From assembly GCA_965261595.1 (NCBI GenBank), contig CBDHDG010000001.1:159085-223084 (forward strand): a stretch of DNA of 64,000 nt, read 5' to 3'. Position numbers and translations under genes: made by a program. Source of the DNA: a bacterium (GTDB lineage Bacteria; UBA8248; JACPRG01; G963555815). A model generated the notes under the pieces. The model was not told the DNA's origin. It made no database searches and worked only from the letters and a program-made list of their open reading frames with translations. Below are positions 54,862-64,000 of the stretch, piece by piece; position 1 is the first letter of the stretch; each line of letters starts with the position of its first letter.

Positions 54862-55380
54862 TTATCGATAGCTCGGCTTGTTGATCCGGTTTTTCAGGGC
54901 TTCTTCAACTTTCGTGACCAGGATGTCGCCGCTGAAGGGCTTGACCAGGTACTCGTCGGCGCCCGCTTTGATGGAATCCATCCCGATGTGGTCCCGATCG
55001 TTCAGGCCGGTCATCATGATCACGATCGGAGGCTGGACGATGTTCACGTTCACTTTAATGTACCGACAGACCGACACGCCGTCGATGTCGGGCATCATGA
55101 TGTCCAGCAATATCAGGTCCGGTCTCAGCCTCGTCACGGTTTTCAGCGCCAATATGCCGTTGATGGCCTCACACACTTCCATCCCGTTCATCGTGAGGTG
55201 GGTCCGGACGATGGCGCGCATGTCTTGGTCATCATCCACGATCATCACCCTTTTTTTGCTGCCCGGCTCCCAGTTGTCCTTGAGGCGGGTGAACATGTTG
55301 TCGATATTGGATTGTTCCACCATCCCGTAGCCGTTGGTTTCAGACACCTCTTGGACCTGCCCATTCTCTTGATCTTTCAT
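54862..55380 (-). CDS. Stand-alone response regulator receiver
   Basis: VMIVDDD, PDLILLDIMMP, MMTG, AGADEYLVKPF. Confidence 0.92.
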   Translation of the reverse strand: MKDQENGQVQEVSETNGYGMVEQSNIDNMFTRLKDNWEPGSKKRVMIVDDDQDMRAIVRTHLTMNGMEVCEAINGILALKTVTRLRPDLILLDIMMPDIDGVSVCRYIKVNVNIVQPPIVIMMTGLNDRDHIGMDSIKAGADEYLVKPFSGDILVTKVEEALKNRINKPSYR

Positions 55381-55820
55381 GTGCGGGTTCCCTTTCGAGC
55401 CGGGCCCTGAAGGCCTGCGTAAAAGATTTCCAAAGCGGCGGCGTCCACTTTTGAGCCTTGCCCTCTTGCGTTAACGGCTGATATTTCCCAAAGGAAGAAA
55501 TCCTCTGGGTAATGGGCTATTGGCTTAGGATATATCACCTATTCAATAGTTGCTTATCGGGAATTTATTTGGACTTCTTGAGCCTGAATTGAATTTTGGG
55601 GAAGCGCGAGACTGAACTCTCCCCCGAAAGCGAGGCCCGGTTCGCCTCATGGCGGGGAGATGGCGGCCTGGCGGGGGAAAGAGACGCCCCATCGCGATGA
55701 AAAGTCAACTATTCATTGTCAGTTCATGTATCCTAACCGCGAATTCGCAACAAGGTATCCAATGGGTGGATACACAGGCGGTGAGTGACCGCATATGCAA
55801 TGAGGTGGGAGAAACCATCC

Positions 55821-57302
55821 ATGGCGGGTGTGGACCTTCTGGTGAAAAACGGAAAAGTCGTCCTTCCTTCAGGTGTAATTGAAGGCGGGGTCGCCATCGA
55901 CGGGGAGAAAATTGTCGCCGTAGGGCAGGGGAATGGTCTGCCGGAGGGCCGGAAGGTTATCGACGCGAAGGGAATGTATATCCTGCCCGGCGTGATCGAC
56001 CCTCACGCCCACCCCGGCGGGAAGTATGACCTGGGAGACGACTGGAAGACGGAGTCCCCGGGGGCCGCGGCCGGCGGCGTCACGACGGTCGGGGCCATCG
56101 TTCGCGTCCCCCGAATGGGTCAGAAGCCCTTCAAAGAGCTTCCCGGCCCGGAAGACGTCATCTCCTGGCTGGACGCCTTTGATCTGGGAAAAAAGGTCAG
56201 CGAGGAAAACTCCCTCGTCGATTTCTTCTTCACGCCGACGTTGAACTCCATGCAGCACGCCGAAGAGATCCCGCAGTACTACGACAAGCTCGGGATCACC
56301 TCGTACAAATACCACGGCAACCTCAAGGTCCACGCCGACAACCCCGTGAGCCCGAAGTGGTCCGCCCGGATCGGGATTCCCCTGCCCTTTGACGACACCC
56401 TCGCCTATTTGATGTTCGAGGAGTCCGGGAAGCTCGGCCCCATGACGCACGTCGCGGTCCATAGCGAGAACGTCGAAATCGCCAAAATCTTCACCGAGCG
56501 TCTTCAGGCCGCCGGCCGGACGGACTCCGGGGCCTGGGCGGACCGGATTCCCGAGTGGCTGGAAGCGGAGCACATCAGCCGGTACAGCTATTTCGCCAAG
56601 GTGACCGGGTCCACCCATTACGTTCTCCACCTCAGCACCTCGGCGGGGCTGGAGGAGTGCATCCGCCAAAAGGAGGACGGGGTCAGCATCCTGGTTGAAA
56701 CCTGTCCCCAGTATCTTCTGGTTTCGGCCTACGCGGAGTTTCCGGGCCTTCTCACCAAGGTGAATCCTCCCCTTCGCGATCCGGAGGTCCATGAGCGGCT
56801 CTGGGCAGGTCTGGCGGACGGGGACATCGAGATCATGGGGACGGACCATGTCGTGACAAGCCTCCATGAGAAGCTTGTCAAGGGAGACACCTCCGACCAT
56901 GACGGCGATCCGGCGAAAGACATCTGGGAGACCGGCTCCGGCATGGTGGGGTGGGACTTCCTGCTTCCCCTGATGCTGAGCGAGGGGGTGAACAAGGGCC
57001 GGATCTCGATGGGGCGCCTGGTCGAGGTCTGCTGTGAAAACCCCGCCCGGGCCTGCGCCATTTATCCCAGAAAGGGCGTCATCGCACCAGGATCCGACGG
57101 GGACCTAGTTGTCGTGGACATGGATGTCACGCGCACAATCAAGGCCGATATGCTCCGTTCCAAGGCCGACTTCAGCATCTATGAAGGCATGGAGGTGACC
57201 GGCTGGCCCGTCACGACCATCCTCCGGGGAGAGGTCATCTACGACGACGGCCAAGTCACGGACCGAAAGGGCGGCGGCAAGTATCTGCGCCGGCCTTGCT
57301 GA
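55821..57302 (+). CDS. Cyclic amidohydrolase (dihydroorotase/dihydropyrimidinase/allantoinase-like), paralog 1
   Basis: PGVIDPHAH, GGVTT, YK, HSEN, LHLS, ETCPQY, KVNPPLR, GTDH. Confidence 0.9.
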   Translation: MAGVDLLVKNGKVVLPSGVIEGGVAIDGEKIVAVGQGNGLPEGRKVIDAKGMYILPGVIDPHAHPGGKYDLGDDWKTESPGAAAGGVTTVGAIVRVPRMGQKPFKELPGPEDVISWLDAFDLGKKVSEENSLVDFFFTPTLNSMQHAEEIPQYYDKLGITSYKYHGNLKVHADNPVSPKWSARIGIPLPFDDTLAYLMFEESGKLGPMTHVAVHSENVEIAKIFTERLQAAGRTDSGAWADRIPEWLEAEHISRYSYFAKVTGSTHYVLHLSTSAGLEECIRQKEDGVSILVETCPQYLLVSAYAEFPGLLTKVNPPLRDPEVHERLWAGLADGDIEIMGTDHVVTSLHEKLVKGDTSDHDGDPAKDIWETGSGMVGWDFLLPLMLSEGVNKGRISMGRLVEVCCENPARACAIYPRKGVIAPGSDGDLVVVDMDVTRTIKADMLRSKADFSIYEGMEVTGWPVTTILRGEVIYDDGQVTDRKGGGKYLRRPC

Positions 57303-57413
57303 TTCATGCTCGTAGGCGCGACGGATTCGGACGCATGGCGCCGTAATCGCCTTCTCTGATCTGCCGGGATCATTCTTCGCGGTCTTCGGACCGGAATCGT
57401 TAAAAGAAAATCG

Positions 57414-58484
57414 ATGGGACTTGTCTGGGATTTGATGGAGGGGGCCCGAAACTGTGTGCGCGGCTATGCCTGTGTCCAGCCGGGGGAGCAGGTCGTCCTT
57501 TGGACGGACCGTTCCGGCGAAGCGCATCCCGACGTTGTGGAAGCCTTCGGGACGGCGGTCGAGGAGGCCGGCGCCGAGGCTGTTCTTCTCTGCTCAAAGG
57601 CCGTTATCCACCGTCTGAAGCAACCCCTCCAGAAGCCCGTCCTCTCCGCGATCCGCGAGGCCGACGTCATCTTGAGCTTTCATGGGCTCGAGAACGCGGC
57701 AACGCTCCACAATAATGACGTGGCCCAGGTGGTTTTCTACACCCCGACCCGGAACGTGGCGGTCATCAGCCTGACGCCCGAGCTGCTGGCCTCGGAGTGG
57801 GCGCGGTTTCCGGCCGAGCTTGTATTCAGGATCTATCAGAAAGTCCGCGAGCAGGCCCTCTCGTCCGGGACGGATGTCTTCCGCGTTACCGATGAGCACG
57901 GGACCGACTTCACGGGCCGCATCGCCTACCGGGCCGGTTTCAAGTTCGTGGACCCGCCCAAGCAATGGCAATTCTTCCCGGGCGGGGAGATGACGGAGCT
58001 TCCGGACCCCCCCGTGAACGGGACCCTGGTCTTCGAGCAGCTCGAAGGGTTTGAAGGTTTCCTGAAAGAGCCCATTCGGCTCACGATCGAAAACCAATGG
58101 GTCACCCGCGTCGAGGGGGGCGAGGAGGCCCGCTGGTTTGAAGACCGGATGAAGCGCTACGAGAACGGCAATTTCTTTTGCGAGCTGGCTATCGGCGTGA
58201 GCCCCAAGGCCCCGGTTTCCGCCGGGCTCAAGACGAGAGGCATGGACACGATCACCCACAGGCGCGCGGGCTCCTTCCACTGTGCGGTGGGAAAGTGGGC
58301 CAATCCGGACTCCCAAGTGGACAGCGGTTGGCACTGGGACGGCGGAGGGCTCCGGCCCACGCTGACGATGGGGGAGGTCGAGTTGATCCGCGGGGGAAGG
58401 CTGACGGCTCTCGACGACCCGGAGGTCCGGGCGTTCGCCTCCCGGTACGGCCACCCGGACGACGTCCTGGCCGAGGTGTGGTGA
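57414..58484 (+). CDS. M29 aminopeptidase/NicX-fold metalloprotein, uncharacterised
   Basis: VQPGEQV, GTDF, FPGGE, VNGTLVF, CELAIG, HCAVG, HWDG. Confidence 0.75.
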   Translation: MGLVWDLMEGARNCVRGYACVQPGEQVVLWTDRSGEAHPDVVEAFGTAVEEAGAEAVLLCSKAVIHRLKQPLQKPVLSAIREADVILSFHGLENAATLHNNDVAQVVFYTPTRNVAVISLTPELLASEWARFPAELVFRIYQKVREQALSSGTDVFRVTDEHGTDFTGRIAYRAGFKFVDPPKQWQFFPGGEMTELPDPPVNGTLVFEQLEGFEGFLKEPIRLTIENQWVTRVEGGEEARWFEDRMKRYENGNFFCELAIGVSPKAPVSAGLKTRGMDTITHRRAGSFHCAVGKWANPDSQVDSGWHWDGGGLRPTLTMGEVELIRGGRLTALDDPEVRAFASRYGHPDDVLAEVW

Positions 58485-58627
58485 AGGGAGATCGGCTCTT
58501 CTCCATTTGGGACAACCCCGTTCGGCGCCGCCAAAAAAAGTTGATGATTCACGGATTGCGGCGAAGGCCCTGCGAGGGCCATCGAAACTGAAGGCGGGCC
58601 TGGACGGATCCCGGGGAGGGACGTTTC

Positions 58628-59362
58628 ATGTATGGGTGGCGAGCGCTCATTGGTCTGGTGCAGCCGAGCGGCGGCCCCGTCGCGGAAGAAGAATTCAGGA
58701 TGGCGGCGCCGGAGGGCGTGTCTTTCGTCACCACGAGGATGTACATCGAGGAGGTGTCCTCGGAGGGCCTGGAGCGGATGCTCACCCAGGTGGAGCGCGC
58801 CGCGCGCGAAATCGCGATCATGAAGGCCGACGCCCTGGTTCTTTGCGGAACGCCGACGGGGTTTTTCAGGGGCCAGGCGTATAACCTCGCGTTGACCGAC
58901 CGTCTTCGGGAGGCGTCCGGGTTGCCGAGCGTCACGATGGCCACCGCTGTCGTGGAGGCGATGCGCCGGCTGGGCCTGCGAAAGATCGCCGCCGCCACGG
59001 CGTACACCGATGAGTTGAATCAACGGCTTCGGGCGTTCCTGGAGGAAGCGGATTTCCAGGTTTTGGCTGTCGAAGGGCTCCGCCAGCGGTACAATTGGGA
59101 TATCGCCCGAATGCCGCCGACCGGCGCCTACAGTCTGACCAAGGAGGTGGCCCGGAAAGTCAAAGACGCGGACGGGATTTTGATCTGCTCCGGCGCCCTT
59201 CGGACGTTCGAGGTGATCGACTTGCTGGAGCGGGATCTCGGTCTTCCCGTGGTGACGAGCAACCAGGCGGGCCTCTGGGCCGGACTCCGGCTGGGGAGCG
59301 TGAGAGAAACCGTCCGGGGTTTCGGCAGTCTCCTGACGACCTTAGGGAAAAGCGGGGACTGA
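58628..59362 (+). CDS. Asp/Glu racemase superfamily protein (maleate isomerase/arylmalonate decarboxylase-like)
   Basis: GWRALIGLVQPS, TAY, LERDLGLPVVTSNQA. Confidence 0.88.
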   Translation: MYGWRALIGLVQPSGGPVAEEEFRMAAPEGVSFVTTRMYIEEVSSEGLERMLTQVERAAREIAIMKADALVLCGTPTGFFRGQAYNLALTDRLREASGLPSVTMATAVVEAMRRLGLRKIAAATAYTDELNQRLRAFLEEADFQVLAVEGLRQRYNWDIARMPPTGAYSLTKEVARKVKDADGILICSGALRTFEVIDLLERDLGLPVVTSNQAGLWAGLRLGSVRETVRGFGSLLTTLGKSGD

Positions 59363-59568
59363 CCCGCGTCTGTCGAAATCCCTTTGGCATGCCGCCTCCC
59401 CCGGGGTGTTGACAAGCTTTATCGGTTATGCAAACAATCATCCTTGAGATTCGGCTCAACCCAATCCGTCGCACCGCCGCAGGATTCCGCTTTCCCCCTC
59501 CCCCCCGACCATTCTGCTCAACGGGGGGGAGGCGGTCCGCGACGGCCGGATAATCATTGAAAGGAGAA

Positions 59569-61113
59569 ATGATGGCCAAGTTGGACATCGTCGTTCGGAA
59601 TGCCCGGATCGTTTCAACGGCTGGGGTTTACACGGGAAACATCCAGATCAAGGACGATCGAATCGCGGGCATCGTCTCCGAGCGGGACGACACCCCGGCT
59701 GAGCGGGTCATCGACGTAGAGGGGCGCTATGTCATTCCCGGCGTTGTGGATCCGCACACCCACATCGGCGGAAAATACCTCCTCGAACAGGACTTCCGGA
59801 CGGAAACCCCCGGCTCCGCCGTGGGGGGCGTTACAACCATAGGGATCATGCACGGCGCGGGCCGGGCCGACCGGGAATACAAGGAATTCGTCACCGAGGA
59901 GGACGCCCGTCCGTGGACGGAGCGGCTTCCCGTGGCGCGGGAGATCGGGGAGGAATCCTCGATCATCGACTTCTTCTACACCCCCTACATCAGCATGGAC
60001 GAGCAATGCGACGATATCCCCAACGCCGCCCGGAAGTACGGGATTCCTTCCTGGAAGTTCTACGCCAACCTCAGAGAGCCGAAGACCGCGAACGTGGCGC
60101 CCAAGTGGAAGAACCGGATGGGGATGCCCGGGGAATTCGACGACGGGTTGTTCTGGTCGGGCTTCGAGCAGATCGGCAAGCTTGGCGTCGCCGGCCTGGC
60201 CCTCATTCACAACGAGAACACCGAGGTGGCGACGGCCGTCATGAAGCGGCTTCAGAAGGAAGGCCGCACGGATGGACCGGCCTGGACGGACCGGTGCCCT
60301 CCCTGGTGCGAGGCCGAGCACATCCTCCGGTATGGTCTCTTCTCCATGAAGGCCGGGTGCCGCTTCTATATCCTTCACCTCTCCACCGCCGACGGCCTCG
60401 AGGCCTGCGATGAGATGCGGGCAAAGGGCTGCCGGATCACCGTGGAGACCTGTCCGCAGTACCTTTTCATGACCAAGAATGACGAGCCGGCCATCGCCGG
60501 AAAACCCAACGCCAGGGCCCTCAAGGTCAATCCCCCCATCCGGGACGGGCGCCACAACGAGGCCCTCTGGCAGGCGGTGATGGACGGGCGCATCCAGTGC
60601 ATGGGCACCGACCACGTTGTCACCAGCATCCATGAGAAGTTCGTCCGGGGAGACACCGGGGACCGTACTACGGACCCGCTTGAAGACGTCTGGTCGACGG
60701 GGTCGGGGTTCGTCGGGATGCAGACCCTCCTCCCGCACATGCTGAGCGAGGGGGTGCACAAGGGCCGGATCTCCATGGAGCGTCTCGTGGAGATCTGCTG
60801 CGAGAACCCGGCCAAGACGTTCGGCCTCTATCCCAAGAAGGGAACCCTGATGGTGGGGGCGGACGCCGACCTGGTCGTTCTGGATATGGACAAGGAGGTG
60901 ACCTACACGGCGGACATCATGCACTCCTACGCCGACTTCACCATTTTCGAAGGCCGAAGGATCAAGGGATGGCCCTCGATGACGATCTCCAGGGGCAAAG
61001 TCATCTTTGAAGGGAGCCAGGTGAGCGGAGAACACGGCCACGGCCGGTATCTGCCGCGAAAGCTCGATCGGCTGACCTACCCGATAGAGGAGAGCTGGGA
61101 CCTTCCCAAGTAA
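59569..61113 (+). CDS. Cyclic amidohydrolase, paralog 2
   Basis: PGVVDPHTH, GGVTT, WK, HNEN, LHLS, ETCPQY, KVNPPIR, GTDH. Confidence 0.9.
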   Translation: MMAKLDIVVRNARIVSTAGVYTGNIQIKDDRIAGIVSERDDTPAERVIDVEGRYVIPGVVDPHTHIGGKYLLEQDFRTETPGSAVGGVTTIGIMHGAGRADREYKEFVTEEDARPWTERLPVAREIGEESSIIDFFYTPYISMDEQCDDIPNAARKYGIPSWKFYANLREPKTANVAPKWKNRMGMPGEFDDGLFWSGFEQIGKLGVAGLALIHNENTEVATAVMKRLQKEGRTDGPAWTDRCPPWCEAEHILRYGLFSMKAGCRFYILHLSTADGLEACDEMRAKGCRITVETCPQYLFMTKNDEPAIAGKPNARALKVNPPIRDGRHNEALWQAVMDGRIQCMGTDHVVTSIHEKFVRGDTGDRTTDPLEDVWSTGSGFVGMQTLLPHMLSEGVHKGRISMERLVEICCENPAKTFGLYPKKGTLMVGADADLVVLDMDKEVTYTADIMHSYADFTIFEGRRIKGWPSMTISRGKVIFEGSQVSGEHGHGRYLPRKLDRLTYPIEESWDLPK

Positions 61114-61301
61114 CTGTTCTCCGGGAGATCTTATTTCGGAGACCTCCGCCAGGTTTCAATGTGGAGGCGGGGTCGAGACGCAAGATTGAGAAGGAGCCAC
61201 ACAAGCAAGACATCCTTTCGAGGTTGGGATGAACGCCGACGGGCAGGCAGTTTGTCCTCACGACACAGGTCCAATGAAGTTCTGGAAGGAGCGATTCGGA
61301 C

Positions 61302-62339
61302 ATGTTCGGAAAAACCGTTGTGGGTCTTTTGAAACGCGTTGCGTCTTTCAAAGCCCTGGCAACCGTTGCCATGGCGTTCTTCCTCATCGGAGGGATCCCG
61401 CTTTCGTCGGGGGCTGAGAATTTGGTCCACACCCTGGACTGGGTTCCTTATGGACGGGACGCGGGATTCTACGCGGCCGTGGAGAAGGGATTCTTAAAGG
61501 CGGAAGGGCTCACCGTAAAAATCGTGCGGGGAAAGGGCTCGTCCGAGACCGTCAAGCGGCTCATGGTCGGGGATGCCGACTTTGGGACCCCCGACGGCGG
61601 CGTCGTCGTCATCTCCCGCTCCAAGGGAATTAAGTTGAAGATGATCGGCGCCTTCCACGCCAAGACGCCCATGCAGATCGTCGTCGTCAAGGGCGGATCC
61701 ATTCGGTCCATCAAGGACTTCAAAGGGAAGACCTTCGCCGACGCCTCCTTCAGCTCGACCCACAAGATCTTCCCCGCCCTGGCGCGCAAGAATGGCGTGG
61801 ACCCCGCCATGGTGAAGTGGATATTCCTGAATCCCGCCTCCCTCGGCTCGGCCGGTCTGGCGGGGAGGGTGGACGGCTGGGGGGCATACGCCACGAACAA
61901 CCCCAGCCAAATGAAGGCAGCCAAAATGGCGGGGAAGGAACTCCTTCTTTTCCCGTTTGCGGATAATGGCGTGGACATCTATTCCAACACCATGTCGGCG
62001 ACGGAAGAGAAGCTCGCGAAGAAGCCCGATCAGGTCCGGCGCTTCATGCGGGGCATGTACAAAGGGATGGCCTGGGCCATCAAGCACCCGAAAGAGGCCA
62101 CGGACATCATCCTCAAAAAGGTCCCCGTCCTGAACCGGGATACGGCGATTCAGCACTGGCAGATCGCCATCGATCACCTGGTGACCGACGCGGCCAAGAA
62201 GCACGGGATCGGCTATCTGTCCCGCGAAAAGATGACCTTCACCCGGGACGTCGTCGCGGGGGCTCACAAGCTGAAATCGAAGCCCGCCGTGGATGACCTC
62301 TATACGACGGCTTTCCTCCCGAAGATCATGGTGAAGTAG
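61302..62339 (+). CDS. NMT1/THI5-like ABC substrate-binding protein
   Basis: Signal peptide, LDW, AVEKGF..EGL, DFKGK, KPDQVRRFMRG. Confidence 0.88.
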   Translation: MFGKTVVGLLKRVASFKALATVAMAFFLIGGIPLSSGAENLVHTLDWVPYGRDAGFYAAVEKGFLKAEGLTVKIVRGKGSSETVKRLMVGDADFGTPDGGVVVISRSKGIKLKMIGAFHAKTPMQIVVVKGGSIRSIKDFKGKTFADASFSSTHKIFPALARKNGVDPAMVKWIFLNPASLGSAGLAGRVDGWGAYATNNPSQMKAAKMAGKELLLFPFADNGVDIYSNTMSATEEKLAKKPDQVRRFMRGMYKGMAWAIKHPKEATDIILKKVPVLNRDTAIQHWQIAIDHLVTDAAKKHGIGYLSREKMTFTRDVVAGAHKLKSKPAVDDLYTTAFLPKIMVK

Positions 62340-62502
62340 TCGGGGAGTGAATAACCACCCGGGCGTCCTACTTCTTCGCGTGCAGTCCGCACGGGTTTTT
62401 CCCATCCCGGCCCGTGCGGACTCACCCCTCCGGAATCGAATTTGACCTGTTCGGGTTATTGATCCCTGTATTATTAATGACCTAACTACGTATCGCGTGA
62501 AA

Positions 62503-62577
62503 GGGGCCGGTACAGAGCCCGGCCCCTACATGTCCATTGCAGAATCGTGCGTAGGGGCGGGGCTCCGTACCCGCCCC
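62503..62577. repeat. Inverted pair of GTAG-family REP palindromes
   Basis: ggggccggtacagagcccggcccCTAC and GTAGgggcggggctccgtacccgcccc, 21 nt apart. Confidence 0.75.
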
Positions 62578-62649
62578 GGAAGTATCGGGGAATCCTCCGG
62601 ACTTTTTGTTGAGCCGCTCCCTGTAGGACATTATTTATGCCATCCTCAA

Positions 62650-62950
62650 TAGCCCGCATTTCTCACCAAGCGATGGTCTTGCGTTTCGCGCGCCGAATGA
62701 ATCGCCATCGGTGGCCTGATTCGGCGGGCACTTGCGTGCCGGCCAAGCTGCGGTTGAGGCACTTGCGTGCCGGCCAAGTTGCGGTTGAGGGTCGTTGCGG
62801 TCATTACAACGTCTTTGGCGCACGGAGAACCCTTTGCCCCGGGATTCTCAAAAGGAGGAGATGCCAGCCTTCGCGAATGGGTGGACCCGCTATCGGTTAT
62901 TGACCGCTCACCGCCCTTTGCGTCGGATGGTTGGTGAGAAATCCAAACTA
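62650..62950. mobile_element. ~300-bp MITE-like element with an internal 31-bp tandem duplication
   Basis: TIRs tagcccgcatttctcacca / tggtgagaaatccaaacta; cacttgcgtgccggccaagYtgcggttgagg twice at 62729-62790. Confidence 0.65.
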
Positions 62951-63139
62951 AGTCGGCCCGCGTTGTGTCTCTATTCTTGTCCTTCTCCAATCTGTGTAAT
63001 CTGCGTAATCCCCGCCTGCGCGAGGACAGCGTCTGCGGATAAAAGTTTTCTCCCGAAAGCCAAAAGCCAAATAAAAAGTCCTTATATACCAAGGGAAATT
63101 TGGCTTTGTTTTTCACTTTTACATGATTAGGCCCGGGTT

Positions 63140-63472
63140 TCAGTAGGGGAAGCTGATAGGCGGGGGGACGGTGTCCCCTTGGTGTTGCCTCTGGACGCGC
63201 CCGAGCCGCCAGAAGCTGACGGCGATCTTCTCGACGAGCATCTCCTTGAGGACGCCCAGGGGGTTGAGCTCGTCGGGGAGGCCGGAAAGAAGCTCCTCGA
63301 ACCGTCCCCCGTCCTCCCGGCCGTCGCCCACGGCGATGACGACTTCTTTCGCCAATATTCCATGTTTCAATACGTTATACCGGACGGCGGCCTTCCCCTC
63401 GGTCGTCTTGGGCCCGGTGGACAACTGGGCGTTCCGTCGATTGGCCTCGATTTTGGCCTTTGTGACCTTCAT
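63140..63472 (-). CDS. Conserved 'ANRRNAxxSTGP' hypothetical protein (HGGxSTG-related), probably truncated
   Basis: IEANRRNAQLSTGPKTTEGKAAVRYNVLKHG...LVEKIAVSFWRLGR. Confidence 0.7.
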   Translation of the reverse strand: MKVTKAKIEANRRNAQLSTGPKTTEGKAAVRYNVLKHGILAKEVVIAVGDGREDGGRFEELLSGLPDELNPLGVLKEMLVEKIAVSFWRLGRVQRQHQGDTVPPPISFPY

Positions 63473-63894
63473 GTACACTCCTCCCATTCGAGTTACGTTA
63501 TTTTTTCGGTTTATATGGGAGCCTTGCGACGGGAAATCAAGGGGAATTCAGGGGATTGGCGGAATCCGGCGGAAATCTGGCGGGATCTCCGGCCATCCCT
63601 TGACGGACCTGGGACCCTTGTCGCTTTATGGTGGAATTGTCGTGGAACAAAATGGGGTTTGACCCTTTTGCTGCTCTTTCTATGGGGGAGATTAGGGGTC
63701 ATGTGCAGGCGCCCTCATCCGGTTGACAATCCGCCCTGACCAGGATTGAATTGGTCAAACGGCAACGGAGAGATGGGCACAGGCCTGTCCGGATTTGAAA
63801 TGGGGAAATCCGGGTACAATCTGTACGACGAGACCCGCGAAATTTCCTGAGGGCGCACTCAAGAACTGACCCCGATCATTCAGGAGAAATCCCG

Positions 63895-64000
63895 ATGGAT
63901 GAGTCCCGACTCTGGCCCGCGTTGCACGAATACTGGCATCCGGTCTGCTGGTCCAAGGAGGCGACCGACAAGCCGCTGGCCGTCAAGCTCCTGGATGAAC
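63895..64000 (+). CDS. Rieske oxygenase alpha subunit, N-terminus (runs off window)
   Basis: AGGAG RBS; MDESRLWPALHEYWHPVCWSKEATDKPLAVKLLDE resembles the start of VanA-like Rieske domains; Cys/His ligands lie outside the window. Confidence 0.65.
   Translation, partial: MDESRLWPALHEYWHPVCWSKEATDKPLAVKLLDE

Noticed and set aside
62729..62790. 31-bp direct repeat as a CRISPR array
   Set aside because: Only two adjacent copies, no spacer, and no cas genes in the window

Overview
High-GC Gram-negative bacterial chromosome segment. The lptCAB, rpoN-hpf-hprK-PTS-metK-ahcY gene order resembles Deltaproteobacteria/Nitrospinota/Tectomicrobia-type genomes; this is an inference from gene order only. 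Layout: surE-pcm-tRNA-Pro; an accessory block at 1.6-12.4 kb (SDR, signal-less NMT1-like protein, DUF2283 antitoxin with truncated toxin, low-GC AAA-ATPase + DUF4276 cassette, E1a/E1b/E2 dehydrogenase, Apaf-1-like TM-NB-ARC-WD40 gene); a housekeeping core at 12.5-31 kb (tRNA-Met, tilS, ftsH, pdxJ, nnr, tsaE, lptCAB, rpoN, hpf, hprK, PTS, metK, ahcY, mrp); a large TPR lipoprotein, a GT-C glycosyltransferase, an HD-GYP protein, three tandem RidA genes and nfi; an IS/integrase-rich island at 44.4-54.3 kb with orphan vsr-dcm; and an uncharacterised amidohydrolase/M29-like/racemase-like/SBP catabolic cluster followed by the start of a Rieske oxygenase. Many genes carry single-base frameshifts, often in homopolymer runs, which suggests long-read assembly errors. 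The best leads are the membrane-anchored NLR-like protein with degenerate motifs, the putative N-heterocycle catabolic cluster, the ATPase-DUF4276 defence candidate and an in-frame decaying long-HPF dimerisation domain. No CRISPR array or rRNA was seen. All family calls come from motif recognition, not database searches.
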